DNA from: Prorocentrum cordatum | Taxonomy: Eukaryota | Direction of reading: 5' to 3' | NCBI GenBank assembly: GCA_963575745.1 | Contig: CAUYUJ010000142.1 | Coordinates: 62,001-117,686 of the forward strand | DNA: 55,686 nucleotides | Shown: positions 39,410-52,650 of the stretch, piece after piece | Layout: each line of letters begins with the position of its first letter | How positions within the stretch are numbered: position 1 is the stretch's first letter | Program-made: the position numbers and the translations under genes | Notes under the pieces: generated by a model | Seen by the model: only the letters and a program-made list of their open reading frames with translations | The model's database searches: none | What the model was told of the DNA's origin: nothing

Positions 39410-42380
39410 AAGTCCACGGATGCCTGACGCGCGTCGTTGCGACGAACCCGATCCCAGCGACGGCCGCGGTCTTCGCCGACATGTGCACGCGGACTTTCGC
39501 CAACGACATCCCCTGCGCCTTCCAGTGCGTCAAAGCCCACGCCAGCTGCAGCGGGTAGTTCTCGCGCGCGAGGCCGTCCTCCGTCGTGGACGATACAGTC
39601 TGCCTCCAGATGGGCACCCAGTTCTTGCGCACAGGATCGTTCTTGAAGAAAGACCGCGGCTCGCCAATCTCGTCCTTTCCCAGATCGACGTCGTCGAACT
39701 CGACGAAAACACAAATGGGCGCCTGCAGATCCGGGCGCGCACTGTTGTGCGGGTCCGCCCCGTCCGGCCACATGCACCCGCGCAGCGTGCCCATCGCCCC
39801 GTTCATCAACCCCGCCTCGACCCACAAGTTCTGCGTCAGCAGCACGTGCGCCCCTTCACACATGTGAAGCTCGTTCTCGATCCCTCGGAAATCGTCGGCC
39901 GCCATCTCTTCCGGCCGAGATTTACTTTTATCCTTCCAATTGTGATAGGCGCGCAGAGACGCAATGGGCTTGCCACTGGCAGCCGCCACCTGGTACAGCC
40001 TCTCCCGGTTCACCCTATCCGCGCCGCAGGCACCCGACGCCCGATCCTTCCTGCCATCCATCAGCAGCGGCGCCGTCTCGAACGCTGCGAGCTCCTCCCT
40101 GCCCTCCTTCGTCATCTGCAGCACCGACCTGTTCCGGCGCCTCAACCACGCATGATCCGACTGGTCCGGCGTGCACTGCGCCATTCCTTTGGTCACCTCC
40201 AGAAAACGATCGGCATCCCGCCGGTACTCCGCCTGCCGCTCGGCGGACAGACCCTCCTTCTTCCCACTCCATCTGTGCACGCGCCGTAGCACGGCGACGT
40301 CCTGGAACGTATTGCGCACAAACTGGCCCATGGCCACCAACTTCTCCGTGCTCCACGCATCGTCTGAAGTGCGCTCCGCCCCCCTCGGCTTATTTTTCCC
40401 ATGCCCCTCATACTTGCCCATTCGATACAACGGATCGTCGCCGATGGGCGGCGCCTGCTGCGGATCTCCTGCCAGCACGACATCCTTCCCGCCGAGATAC
40501 ACTGGCTCGTCCTCCTCCATCTTCCTCCCCTTTCCTCCTTTTCCGCCTCCTCCGCGTGCCGCAAACTTCGCATCCGTGCCCAGAGTGTCCTGCACCTTGT
40601 ACTCGATATTCCCCAACATCTGCCGCCCGATCATACTCATCTCATCCAACACAAGCAGCTTCGCCTGCCGCAACCGGTCCCGCGTCCGCAAGAAGCGTTC
40701 ACCGCCCTTTTGCTTCCAAGGCCCGCAGTACCCCACCGGAACGCCGAAAGCCCTGTGCAGAGTAGTCGCCCCATACTTCAACTGGAACGAGGCGCACCCT
40801 GTCGGAGCAGCCAGCAAACAGCAATTCCGCACCTCCTCATCAATCTCCGACTGAGAGCGCCTTTCCTCCCGCATCCCACCGCGGAGGCCCGGCACCCGAT
40901 CCATTCTGGTCCGCGGAGCCGTCTGACGCGCCCTCTGTCGCCTCGCCGCCACAAAACTACGCACCGTGCGCGACTTCCCCTTGCCTGCCACGCCCGTGAC
41001 CATCAGGCGGAGCGGGTCCTTCTCGGAGTGGCGTCCATCCATAACGATGTCGTGGGCAAACTTCTGCCAGGGGTCCAGGTCTTCGCGCAAGTCGACCTCG
41101 GCCCCGTCACCCACGTTGGCCTTGCCGTACCAGACATCCCGCAGCTCCTCGAGGCGCCGCTTCTCCCCTGTGGACACATTGCACGGTTCATCCAGCCAAT
41201 TGAAATCCTTCGGGTTCACACGCACCCTCCCGCGAACGTCCTCCCGCGCCACATCCCCGACTCGCACGTCTGCCGCCTGCACCGCGGGGCCCGCCGCGCT
41301 AACACGCTCATCCGCTGGGCGGCGATCCCACTCGGACACCTCCCCCGCACCTGCGGCACCCTCCACACCCTCCCCTGGTCGCGGGTCGCGCAACACGATA
41401 TCCCGAGGCTCCTCGTTGGGATCGTCCTCGGCGTTCTGCGCGAGTCTGTCCACCAGCTCCTCTACGTCCTCCCCCGACTCCGCCGCATCGCTCTCTCTGC
41501 CAGCGTCACCCTCCCTCGAGCCACCGTCGGAGTACTGGCCCCCCACGTCGCCCGCGGCGTCGCCCGCCCCAGCGTCACGCCCCTGCTGCCGCGCCCGGTG
41601 CCGACGCACCATCTCGCGGCGCGTCCGCCTGAGCAGCTCGCGGTTGGTCCGCACCCCACCAGCCTCCAAGATTGCGCCCAGCACCTCCTTGTAGAACGGA
41701 TTCGCGCGTTCGTACTGCTCCACGACCCACGCCGGCACCCACTGTCGGAGCATCGGGTCCGTGAGCATCTCCATCAACATATCTCCCCAAAACCGATCCC
41801 CCCTGCCCCTCCAAGCCGCCCCCCCCGACTTGAACCACAGATCCTGCACTCCCAGGAACCGATCGCCCCCAGCATGGGGCACGAAATCCGTGGCCCCAAT
41901 GCAGACTTCCGGCACAGGGCGGACGTCGCGCCGCATCTCTGCACCGATCATGGCTCTGCGGTCCGCCGTCGCCATGTGCCGCCAGTGCGCGATGACGTTC
42001 GCACGCGCGTACGCCTCGTGGCAGGCGTGCTCCACGTTCGCACACTCCGCGCTATAGCCGGGCGTCACCTGCAGGCACACCGCAGGGTTCCCGCGCCTCA
42101 GCTTCCCTCGATACACGGCGTACTTCCAGTAAAACTCGAAGAGTGACACATCGCGCACCTCCTCCTCCGTGATGGACCCGTCGCCCCGGGCCCGCTGGCG
42201 CCGCACCAACTCCAGGCGCTTGTCGCATTTGTCCACTTTGCTATCCCAGTGAACCGGCTCATCCTCCGACTTGTCCCGCAGTGCGGACGCAGGCTTCAGG
42301 GCACGCGCGCCCGTCGTGTTCAGAGTCACGACGGGCATCATGGACAAGACCATTGGCAAGCGCAACCCCAGCAGCGCACT
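39410..42380 (-). CDS. PIF1-family (SF1B) helicase of the Rep-Hel protein
   Basis: GVAGKGKS (~40971-40995), AAPTGCAS, TTLHRAF, LVLDEMSMIG, GDPQQAPPIG, VLLTQNLWVEAGLMNGAMG, PLQLAWALTHWKAQGMSL, FVATTRV. Frameshifts at both ends. Confidence 0.95.
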
Positions 42381-44730
42381 TCGTAACAATGGTAATCCCT
42401 CTCCCCGAGCATCCGAGCGAAGAACTTCTGGATCGAGCGTCGGAGGAAGTCGGTGCCCTCGCCGTCGGGAACGTACGCGCATACCTCGTTGACGGCGTCG
42501 TCCAGCACCTCCTTGATCTTCCGCGAGCCCTTGGGCGCTTTCGTCGCATATTTCGTGACGTACTCCACAACGGCCCACAGGTTCAGGACGGGGCGCCAAT
42601 CGATGTTCCCCAAATTGGCCAGGAGCACGTGCTCCTCGTAGCTGTTGCAGAGCCGGTCGTTCCTCGGGAACACCGCCTGCCAGTGGCCCTCCCTGCGCCC
42701 CTTCTCCATCCGGAACGGTCTCGGCCCGACGCGGCCCCACCTCTCTCGCGGAAAATCATACCGGCAGAACACGCACCCCTCCTTTCCGCGCGCACACGCA
42801 TGTACCCCGAGCTTCGGCGGGCCCATGCCATGCTTCGTGTGTCGCGCAACCCTGTTCACCAGCGCGGACACCATTCTCCGAACCGGCTGCACGTCCAACG
42901 TCCCTGCTGCCTCGGACTGAAAGGCCTCGTCCAGAACCTTCCGCAAGTTCAAGCACTCCGGCGCATACGCAGGCACGCTCCGGACCGCCCGGGCCTCCGA
43001 CGTCTCAGCAGCAGCCTGGTCTTCCATCTCCACGTCAACATCGAAGGCCCCAACCTCGTCGTCCCACGTGTATCTGCACGCGCCCTCGTCATCGTAGCAG
43101 GGGTTCCACTCCGAGACCACGTGCCCGAAGAACTCTTAGAACCGCTTCTTCTCCCAACGCTTCTGCAAAAGTAAAAATAAAACAGAAAAAAAAAGACAAA
43201 AAAAAAGAAAAAAGAAATAAAAAAAAAAAAAAAAATGACAAAAAGAGCAACAAAAAAAAGAAACGAAAACAAGGGCCAAAAAGAAGAAAAAACAAAAATC
43301 AAAGAGAAAACAAAGAAAAAAAAAGAAAAAAAAACAAAAAGAAAAAAAAAAAAAAAAAAAGAATATCGGAAACGTTCTCGCGTTCTGGCTTCAGCACGCC
43401 GAAATCAGCGCCAGCACCCGTCAAGCGCTGCAAGCGGGCCCCATCAGGAACCCAGCAGGCCGACCCGCACCGGCGTCCTCTGCGCCGTCACCGCCCTCAC
43501 CGTCCTCCATAGGACTCTCTCCCGGCGCGTCCACAGGCGCGGAAATCTCTCGGCCGACACGCTCGAACGCGACATCTCGTTCTCCTCCCCGACCTCGCGC
43601 ACCCTCATCAACATCAACGATCACCAACCACCCGCGATCCACCAGCGCGTCAAGCTGCGCATCAGCCCTGCCCACGAACTCATCCTCATCGTCGTCGTCC
43701 GCGCCATCCTCACTCCCAGACCCTGAAGCCGCCGTACCCTCACCCCCACGACCCCTGGATGCCCGCGCGCCTGGCCAGCCGGCAGCGGCGCGCAGCACCT
43801 GCTCCAGGACCGCGAGAGCAGCGGCGCGGCGCTTCTGCTCCTGCGGGGGCCAAGCCATCGGCCCCGCCTCCAGCGATGGCAAACACGCCGCCAAGTCGCT
43901 GGTCACGCTCGGCGGGAGCATGTCGCCCTCCCCGTCCACGTCCGCACGCACCCGCGCAACCTCGGGCCCGGGCAACCCTACGCTGAACCCATGGTAGTGC
44001 AGATTCCCTCCCGCGCCACACTCGGCCCTGGCCATGGCCATGTACTTGAACTGCTCAGAGTGCGGCAGCACTGCGGGCATCACCATCCGCATGTTCAGCT
44101 CCACCCGCAGGGCCATCATGTACGCCACCAGGTCCGGGTTGCCCCGAGCGAACCGAAAGCGCTCCTCTCGCCCGTCACCCACCCAATCCCCGAGGGCGCG
44201 CTCCCCTGCCGCCCGCGCCCCCCGGCCTCCTCCCATGCGCTGAATGTCAAACGCGGCATTGTAGAACGGATTCTGCGTCCACCAGATGGGCGGGTGCCGG
44301 CCGAGCCCGACAACATCCGGCACGAGAGGCCGCCTGCGCTGAGTCCGCCCGTTCCCCGCCGGCAAGTCCATCTCGCGCAGGAACCGCCTGCCGACAGGCT
44401 CCGCGCCGTCCGCCAGAGGGCCCTCGACCCAGGGCGGGTGCCAGGACAGGTGCTTCACGGTACTCTGCAACTTCTTGGACTCATAGGACCAATGCATCGT
44501 GGTCGAGGGCACGTCGCGCCCAACGTTCGCCAGCTGACCCACCAGGATCCGCACCCGGTCCTCGCTCTCCAATATCTGCCTGAGCCCACCCTTGGTCATC
44601 ACACTCGGGCCCTGCACCGCGAGCCCCGCCCGCCTGTACATGGTCCGATACACGCCGAAGCCCTTCGCCCGTGCCTCGTTCAGGAGCAGCACGTTCACCA
44701 TAGCCCACATCACGCGCTGCCACGCGGACC
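42338..44730 (-). pseudogene. HUH (Y2) Rep endonuclease core, interrupted by an A/T tract, a stop and frameshifts
   Basis: Motif I-like PPIWWTQN, NPDLVA, motif II AECGAGGNLHYHG (43991-43999), CRYDFP, RNDRLCNSY...ANLGNID, motif III EYVTKYATK (~42540-42565), GERDY. Confidence 0.92.
43167..43360 (+). repeat. A-rich tract interrupting Rep
   Basis: About 195 nt, mostly A, in a ~70% GC context. Confidence 0.95.
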
Positions 44731-46529
44731 ACCAACGAACTGCCCGGTGCGGTAGCGCATCAGGTGCTGCACCCACTCCTGCACGGAGACCCGGCGAGGG
44801 CGGTCCTCGAAGAGGTCGCCGATGCCCATCGGGAACTCCAACGGGAACGCCCTCGCGAAGCGACCGACAGAGCGCGCCGGGATCGGGTCGTCACTCTGGC
44901 CGGGCCACCCGTAAATCATCCGCTCTCCCGTCCGCGCGACCACCTCGTCCTCGTCAAACTCCGGCAAATTCTCCTCCAAGCACCCCGTATCCTTGTCCTG
45001 AGCAGCTCCCACGAACCTGCCGGCCATGGCCAACTCCAGCATCACATCGTCCAGGACCGCCTCCGGAGTCACGCCCCCGTCTGGGTCAGAGAACGGCCCC
45101 CCGACCCGCGGCCCGATCCAGTCCACGAGGAAATCGACGCGCACGCACTCCACGGGCCCCCGATCCCTCTGCACGGCCACCACTGTGCTCTCCCCCCGCG
45201 CCGCGTCCAGCAAGCGCCCGAACAGGTCCTCCGTCGTCTCGTCATCACCAAACTTCCGCCCCTCCACATGGCCCTCCGCCTCCGGCTGCAGCCCCGCCCA
45301 CCATCGCTGCACAGCCCCGCCGTACCTGAACTGCGCCTTCTCGAGCCAAGCACTGAACACATCGCGATCGACGGCCATGGCCTCGTCTCCGTCCCCGACA
45401 TCGAACTGGTCCTCATCTGCCTCCTCGGCACCACCGTCGCCCGCGGCGTCCTGGCCGCCCTCGTCGCCACGCTGTGCGCCGTCGCGGACTCTTGCCCCGC
45501 GCTGAGCCTCGTCACGCGGCCCCACGAAGTGCACGTCGAAGCCCGCGGCAATAAACTGCCGCGGCGTGCCGACGTCGACGCCACACGGAACAGCATCCCT
45601 GGCAATGGCCTCCGCCCGAGTCACCGGCTCGGGCCCCTCGGCTTCCCCTGCCTCGACCCCCCACAGCACGACGCCGTCGTTGCTCTCTTTCGGCGCATAA
45701 CACAGGATGATGTCGTCGTCCGGCAGTACATCAAACAGGCGCGGGTCGTAGTACTTGTGCATGGGCTCATTCGCAGTGCCGCCCAGGCGCCAGGGCCCGC
45801 ACGTGCCGGCGAACGCGCACAGCGCCCGCAGCACGTGCCCACAGTAGCGCCAGCGCACGTGCAGGCCCTCGACCACCTCCTTCCCGAAACCAACGTTCCG
45901 CCGCAGCATCAGACTGAAGTGCACCTTCCTCGGGTGCCAGGGCAGCATCACCCGCGGCTCCACGTTCTCCTGAAGCTCCCTCCCCCTGCCGCCATGGTCG
46001 TAGTCGACGATCACTTCCCCACTGAGCAGCACCTCCGCGACCCGACCGGGAAACACCAGGCGCCCGTACACGTCCACGCCGAAGCGCTGCCGCTCCTCGT
46101 CCGTGCCCCCCCGCGGCAATGCGCTCCGGGCGGTGCGGGTCGTCGGGGCGCTCGCCAGGTCCGCGCACCGAGTTCACGCGATCCCCGACGCGGTACCCCT
46201 TCATTAGCTCGTGACGCCGCGCGAACCCGGCCACATCCTGCGGGAACGAGATGATGTTCTTGCGGAACTTGCGCAGCCCTGTCCGAGACACGGTGGCCAG
46301 ATTCACCTGCATGTGGTCCAGAGCAATGAGCAGGCTCTCCGTGAGCGTGGCCTGGTCGAACAGGTCGCGCAGGTCATCGGAGGGGAACCGGAAGCACGGG
46401 TCCATGTGATTCTGCGCGGTGCGGAGACCCACCACCTGATACAGGTCGTCTTCCGTGGGCGCGGCCGCCGCCTGCTTGTCAGATCCCGCCTACACCGCAT
46501 GCACACGCCCGCGCACTCCAGGTGAGGCG
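44710..46529 (-). pseudogene. Helitron N-terminal region (DUF6570-like + Helitron_like_N), frameshifted
   Basis: TLTESLLIA...KNIISFPQD; LHVRWRY...LRAL; RAFPLEFPMGIGD...RVSVQEWVQHLMRYRTGQF. Confidence 0.8.
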
Positions 46530-46537
46530 AAAAAAAA

Positions 46538-46569
<32 letters not shown>

Positions 46570-46580
46570 AAAAAAAGACG

Positions 46581-46618
<38 letters not shown>

Positions 46619-46674
46619 AAAAAAAAAAAATATAAAAAAAAAGAAAAGAAAAAGAATAAAAAAAATAAAAAAAA

Positions 46675-46745
<71 letters not shown>

Positions 46746-46748
46746 AAA
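46530..46748 (+). repeat. Poly(A)-rich tract interrupting the coding region
   Basis: About 220 nt, almost pure A. Confidence 0.95.
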
Positions 46749-49700
46749 GCCATCCGGCGGGTCGCTCGGCGGCACCTCGTCCCATTCGGCCACCTCCGTG
46801 CTGCACGCAGCCAGCCTGTCCCCGCCGCGACGCAGCAGCAGCATCTCATCCGCCAGCTGGTCCGGCGGCTCGAAGGCAGGGTGGAACGCCGGGAACCGCT
46901 CCTGGCACTCGTGGCACGTGAACTTCACCATGCGCGTCAGGATCGCCTGCGCCGCCTGCACGGCCCGCACGGACGCAACGCGCAGCTGCACGTCATACTT
47001 CGCCACGCGCAGCGGCACCGTCTTCAGCGCCAGCAGCATGCACTTCTGGTGTACGTCCCCTGCAGCAACACGGCCTCGGTGATCCAGCGCGGGCGTCCAC
47101 GCTCCCGCGGTTCCAAACGCATCGCGCAACTCCGCTCGCGGTCGGAACTCCCAGTGGCCAGCCTCTGGCGCGCCTGCAAACACAAACACTCCCCGCTTCC
47201 CTGGGCGCGCGCGGTCGCCCGGGGCCCACCGACTTCGGAGCACAACCCTCAAGTCATTCCCGTACCGACCGCGCTTCTTCGCCGGGCGCCCTCGACCACG
47301 CCCCGCGCGACCCGCCCCCCGCGCTTCCTGACTGGCCTGATGCAACGCGTCGAGCCCCTCTTTCGCAGTGCGCTCGCCCGCGCAGCCCTCAGGCAGCAGC
47401 CCCGCCACGGCCGCGTCCTCCTGCAGCTGGCCCACCCAGACGCGCCCAGGGTTCTCCCCCTCCTCCGCTCTGCGCTCCCGCGGGCCCTGACCCCGCCACC
47501 ACGCCCCCGCCATGTGCGCGGGCTCTGTCCACCCGGCAGGCCGCTCCACAGGCAACTCGACCACGTCGTCATCCCGAACCACGTTCGCTGCGAACCCGGC
47601 CGCGACACGCGACTCGCGCTGCCACAGAGCCTGGAAATCGTCCGCATCGCCCCCGTCTGGCTCATCGCAGCACCGCACCGCCCGCCACTGCGTCCCACCG
47701 CTCTCGGACACGACCGGCGTCTGCAACATACTACACTCGAAACGCACTCGGGGCCACTTCGAGCGACGACGAAAATCCTCCTCCCCGGCTATCGCCTCCC
47801 AAGACGAACGCTCCGCGCTCGGATCACGACCGCGCGCGCGATCCTCCATCTCCAGCAGCACGCGCCCGAACCGCCCTGGCCGCCCCGGCTCCATCAGCGC
47901 ACCCCACAACTTGTCGCCGTCCGACCCCTGGATCCGAAAACTACCCCGATCGCACTGACGACACGACACCATATACTCGCGGACGGCACCGACCAATGCC
48001 AACATGCGCTTGTCCTTGAGGTGGGGCACGGACGCAACTGCCCACGCCCGCGCATCCCCACCTCCGGCGCGACGCGGCGCGCTCCCGCGCCCCTCCTCGG
48101 CCGCTCGCGCCTCTGCCCAGACTGCCTCCGTCGGCGGCCCAGCACCAGCGAAACGCACCAGCTCCGCATCGAGCGCGCTGCGCAGCTCGCGCGGCAGCGG
48201 TGCCGCGTCTTCTTCCGAGGCGCACTCATGATCTGACGCAGAACGCTCGTCGTCGCAATCGGGGGCCGATAACTCCGCCATGCCGACGAATGTCTCGTCG
48301 CCACCGCCCTCCTCGTCCACGGCTCCGCGAGCCGCGCCGCCCGCTTCGGCCCCTTCTTCGGCGGACGTCTTGCGCTCGAGTCTCCGGCGCCCCCGGCGCG
48401 CCTCCGGCACCTCCGCGCCCCCCTCGCCAGCTCGCCCCTCCTCCGCGCCCCTGCGCCCCGCTCCGCTCGCAGCGGCCTCCGCCTCGGACGTCTTGCGCCC
48501 CAACTGCCGCTTCCGCGCCCCGCCGCGCACCGCGACGGGCTCGGCAGCCTCCGCCTCGGATGTCTTCCGCCCCAGGCGCCGCTTCCGAGCGCCGCCGCGC
48601 ATCTCCCCCCCACCGACGCCCTCGTCCGCGCCGCCGCCCTGCTGCATCGCACCCTCCACGGCGTCGCCGCCCCCCCCACCGAGCGCAGCGCCCTGGTCTC
48701 TCGACGCCCCAGCCGCCGCCGCACACCGATGCGCCGCCCCCGTCAACCACCCCTCCCAATCCAAGTCGGTGTCGCGAACCCTGTAGTACTCATCCCCTCG
48801 CGCGCGCGCAGCGCAGGCAGGCAGAAGCTGGCGCCAGCAGTGGCACCGATCGCACTGCGCCCAATTCCGCATACAGAACAAGTGCGACGCCCCGTCGTCG
48901 GCTCCCCCGCACGCAACGGGCCTGGCGCCGCCGTCGCCGCCCCCCTGCGGATCCTCTCCGGGCGCATGCCCCATTTTCTCGTTCGCGTGCAGCCTGTTCT
49001 CCTTCGAACGCGGATCAATGTGCGGATAGCACTGCGGGCCTGCGTGCGGCTTCAGATACTGCTGCTTCATTGGGTACCGCCGGATCTCCTCGCTGGTCAA
49101 CCGCAACGCCTCCACGCAGTCCTTCTCGCTACAATCCATTTCGGAAGCTTGCAGCTGCCCCAGGTACTTGTTGAAGACCGCCCTGCTGTACCACATGAAC
49201 ACCTTCCCCCCCTGCTGTCCATTGTAGGACTCCCTCTCCGATCCGAACCGAGTAGTTCCCTCCCCGCAGCGATCCTGCAGTGCCCGCACCCCTGCCCCCT
49301 TCTCGCATACGAAGCCAGAACGGCCATGGTTCTTATTAGTTCGGAGATTGTCATGGACTTGCTTGAGGCACTGCTCGTACTCGCTGTTCGTAAACACAAA
49401 TCGCTTGTGCTCGTCCACATCACACAAGGACTTCAGCTCAGGCTTCATCTTCGACGCCACGTCCCACATCGCGTGCCGCGCGTACCACTGCTTAGATGGC
49501 TTGTTTGCCTTGAGCGCGAACTCCTGGAACTTATCCAACGCGCCTGCAGGAATCGGGCCCCTGACGCGCCCGTGCGGGCACCCATATCGAGCGCACTTCC
49601 CGCACACGTCGCCCCCCGTCTTCGGCCGAAACCGGCACTGTTCTCGCCCCCAGCCCCCCCCCCACGTCAGCCCTTTGCAGCGGTCCTCGTCCACGTAATC

Positions 49701-50696
49701 CGGCTGGAACTGCCGGGACTCTGCCTCGGACGCAAGCGCCCCGTCCGCGGCCCCGCGCTTCCGGCGCGCTCTCCGGGCACCGCGCGGACGCGCGGCCGGC
49801 CCGCTGCCATCGCTTGCACCCTCGTCAGCACCCCCGACGTCCACGGTCACTCCAGGGATGACAGGCATCTCCTCGCCATCAGAATCGCTCGGCGGCGCCG
49901 CGGCCGAAGCCGCGCCCCGAAGAGCGCGCCTCGCAGCCGCTGCCTGCGGTGCGACGGCGTCCGATCGCGCCCGAGCAGCCCCCGCGTCAGCCTCTTCCAC
50001 CGAAACCCCTGGAAGCATCGGCATGTCCTCACCCGAATCGCTCTCGTCCCCAGACGCACGGCCATGCGTGGCGGCCGCAGCTGCAGGTCGACGAAGCACG
50101 GACGCCCCCGCAGCATCGCCCGAATCGGCATCGTCGACGGTGACTCCCGGGATGACTGGCATGTCCTCGCCAGACTACGACGGCGCCCCATCCTCACCGG
50201 TCGCGCGTCGCTCCCGCGCAGCAACGCCCGCCATGACGTTCGGGTTCTGCGCACCGCGGAGATGCGCACCTCGCTGGCTTTTCGCGGCGGCCTTCTTTTT
50301 CGGCGCACTCCTCTTCGGCGCGCCTGCAATCGACCGCAGCCACGGCGCGGCGCCTGCGTCTCCGAGAGATACGCCAGCGGCCAAGCGACCGTCCACATCA
50401 ACAACCGTCGCGACATGGCCCTGTGGGTACCACACAACGCTGCCGATCTCGGCCCCCCCCCGCGGAACCCAAAAACCATGCGCCGGAACACTCCCCACGC
50501 AGTAAACCATCTGCACTCTCCGCCTCATAGACTCGCATCCTCGAACGGCGCGCCTCCAGCCAATCCTGCACGAAAGCAAAGTTCGCCTTCTCCGTTGCGT
50601 CACCGCACGCCCCAGCTCCGGAATCATTAGCGCACTGCAACTCGAAGAAGCACTCCGCCTGCGCGCGCGCGCCAGCACCCCCGCACCGAGCGACAC
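46749..50696 (-). CDS. N-terminal region of the Helentron polyprotein with Cys-rich/Zn-finger motifs (frameshift near 50170)
   Basis: RCKGLTW...QCRF...CGKC; NWAQCDRCHCWRQL (CW-like); CRQC; FECSML...CCDEPD; CHECQERFP. Same strand and collinear with the Rep region. Confidence 0.65.
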
Positions 50697-52109
50697 TCAA
50701 TTGCAGACACTAATTCCGCCACGGCCCCAGGCGATCTCCCGCATCAACAACTCCGAGTCGCCCCGACGCGACGCCACGTCGAAGGCGCCGCCGCCACGCG
50801 CGGGACGCGCCAGACCCCCCAGCAGCACCGAGTCGTCCCACGCGGGAACACACATCCCAGAAATCACCGCCCAGCGCGGCGAAGACACAGGCCACGCGCA
50901 GAGCCGCATCGCCAACGCACTGCCCCGCCCTCTGCGACGCCCTCCAGGCAGCGCCCCCCACCCACTCGTCCGCGCCCCGGCCCGCCCTGGCCTTGGCAGC
51001 GCGGATGCCAATGCCGGGGGAGAACCTGCGCGCGCACACGCGCCGCCCCCCGCACCTCCGCGCGGAGAGCCCACGCAGGCCACAGTAAAACCACTTGGCG
51101 ACCCGAACCTTCGCGGAAAACGGCGCCGCATCGGACGGAGCGTCCACGTCGCGCCAGAAGCTCTCTCTCTCTTTCCACATCCGCGCGCGCGCCATCGCGC
51201 GCGTCACAGCGCGGCCACCCGAAATAACTTGTGGCCTTGGCGGGAACAGACCCAGCGCAGCAAAAACTGAAACTGCAATCAGCGCAACCTCCCCGACTGA
51301 CAGCGCAGACACCCGCGCTTCCAGAGACGACAGCGCCCCGCGCGGGGTGGACACCGAATCGACAGCCCGCGCCACTCGGGCATTCAGAAACTGCTGCAGT
51401 CGCGCGCTTCTCCGCCCCCCCAGCGCCGCGCGGGGCACCCAGGCACGCCGCGGCGACTCATCGCGCGCACGCGGCGACTCATCGCGCGGAAGAAGGCGCG
51501 GCTCGACTGGAAGCGGGACACGGACCGCCATCTCTTCGTTACGCGCCGCCGCCGCCTCCGTCCGCCGCGCCCACTCCGCCTCCCGCCGCGCACAGCGCGA
51601 TCTCCGAAGCGACGCGCGGCACGCCTTGCGATGCGCTTTCTGCTCGCGCTGCGCTGCCTCCCAGGCGGGATCATCCACGACTTCCTCCCTGATCACGTCG
51701 TGCTCTGCGCGCAAGCTCTCACGCAGCCGGTCCTCCCACTCCACAGATCCCCCCAGCTGCGGGGCGCGCTCCGCGCCCCGCACAGACGGAGCCAGGACCG
51801 AGACCACGGCCGCGACAGAAGCCGAGGCCAACGCCACTGCCAAAGAGGAAGCCGGGACCGGGGCTGACCAGACGACGTCGTCAGCTCCAAACCAATCGTC
51901 GTCATCGTCATTCTCGTCGTCGTCGTCACAATCGCTGGCGGCAAAAGCATCAAGTTCCCCCGCGTCGAAATACTCTATAAATTCACGGCCATCACTGCTT
52001 TCCCACGGCGAATGATCAGCGAGCCGCGCTGGGACGGGCAAAGCAACAGAATCCGAGGCCCGCGCGATCTCGCCTGGCAAGACCGGAGCCGAAGCCCGCG
52101 ACGCAGCCG

Positions 52110-52650
52110 GAACCTCCCGCGAAAAGTCCGAAAGAAACTCTCCCTCCCAGCGCCCTGACCCCGTAGCCTCCTCTCCGCAGCGCACAGCCCGCGCCAGAGC
52201 CGAAGACGGCCGCGAAAATTTCGCGAGCGTTTCCTGCTCCGAACGCGGACCGCAGTCGCGTCCGCCCACCGCGCCCGCCGCTCGCGCAGAATCGAGAAAC
52301 TCTCGCGGAAAATTCGCGATAGTTTCCCCCTCCAAGCGCGCTGCCTCCGAAAAGACACATCCGCACCGAGCGGCCCCCGGAGCAGAAGACCCTCGGGAAA
52401 AATCCGCGAGCGTTTCCCCCTCCGAGGGCGCCAATCCCGAGACGCCCGCTCGGCCCAACAGGCCACACGCCGAAGCAGAAAACCGTCGCGAAAAATTCGC
52501 GATAGTTTCCCCCTCCCAGCGCACTGACCCAGAGGCCTCCTCCCCGCGCCGCACAGCCCGCGCTGGCGCCGAAAACGCCCGCGAAAAATTCGCGGGCGTT
52601 TCGTCCTCCCAGCGCAGACCGCAGTCGCGTCCGCCCACCGCACCCGCCGC
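52110..52650. repeat. ~92-bp-period diverged repeat with core cgcgaaaaattcgcgatagtttccccctcc
   Basis: Cores at about 52118, 52211, 52303, 52393, 52487 and 52580. Intervening segments recur after four units. Confidence 0.85.

Noticed and set aside
34302..52015. Long + strand ORFs opposite the Helentron genes
   Set aside because: Antisense shadows of GC-rich coding DNA; all recognisable motifs are on the - strand.
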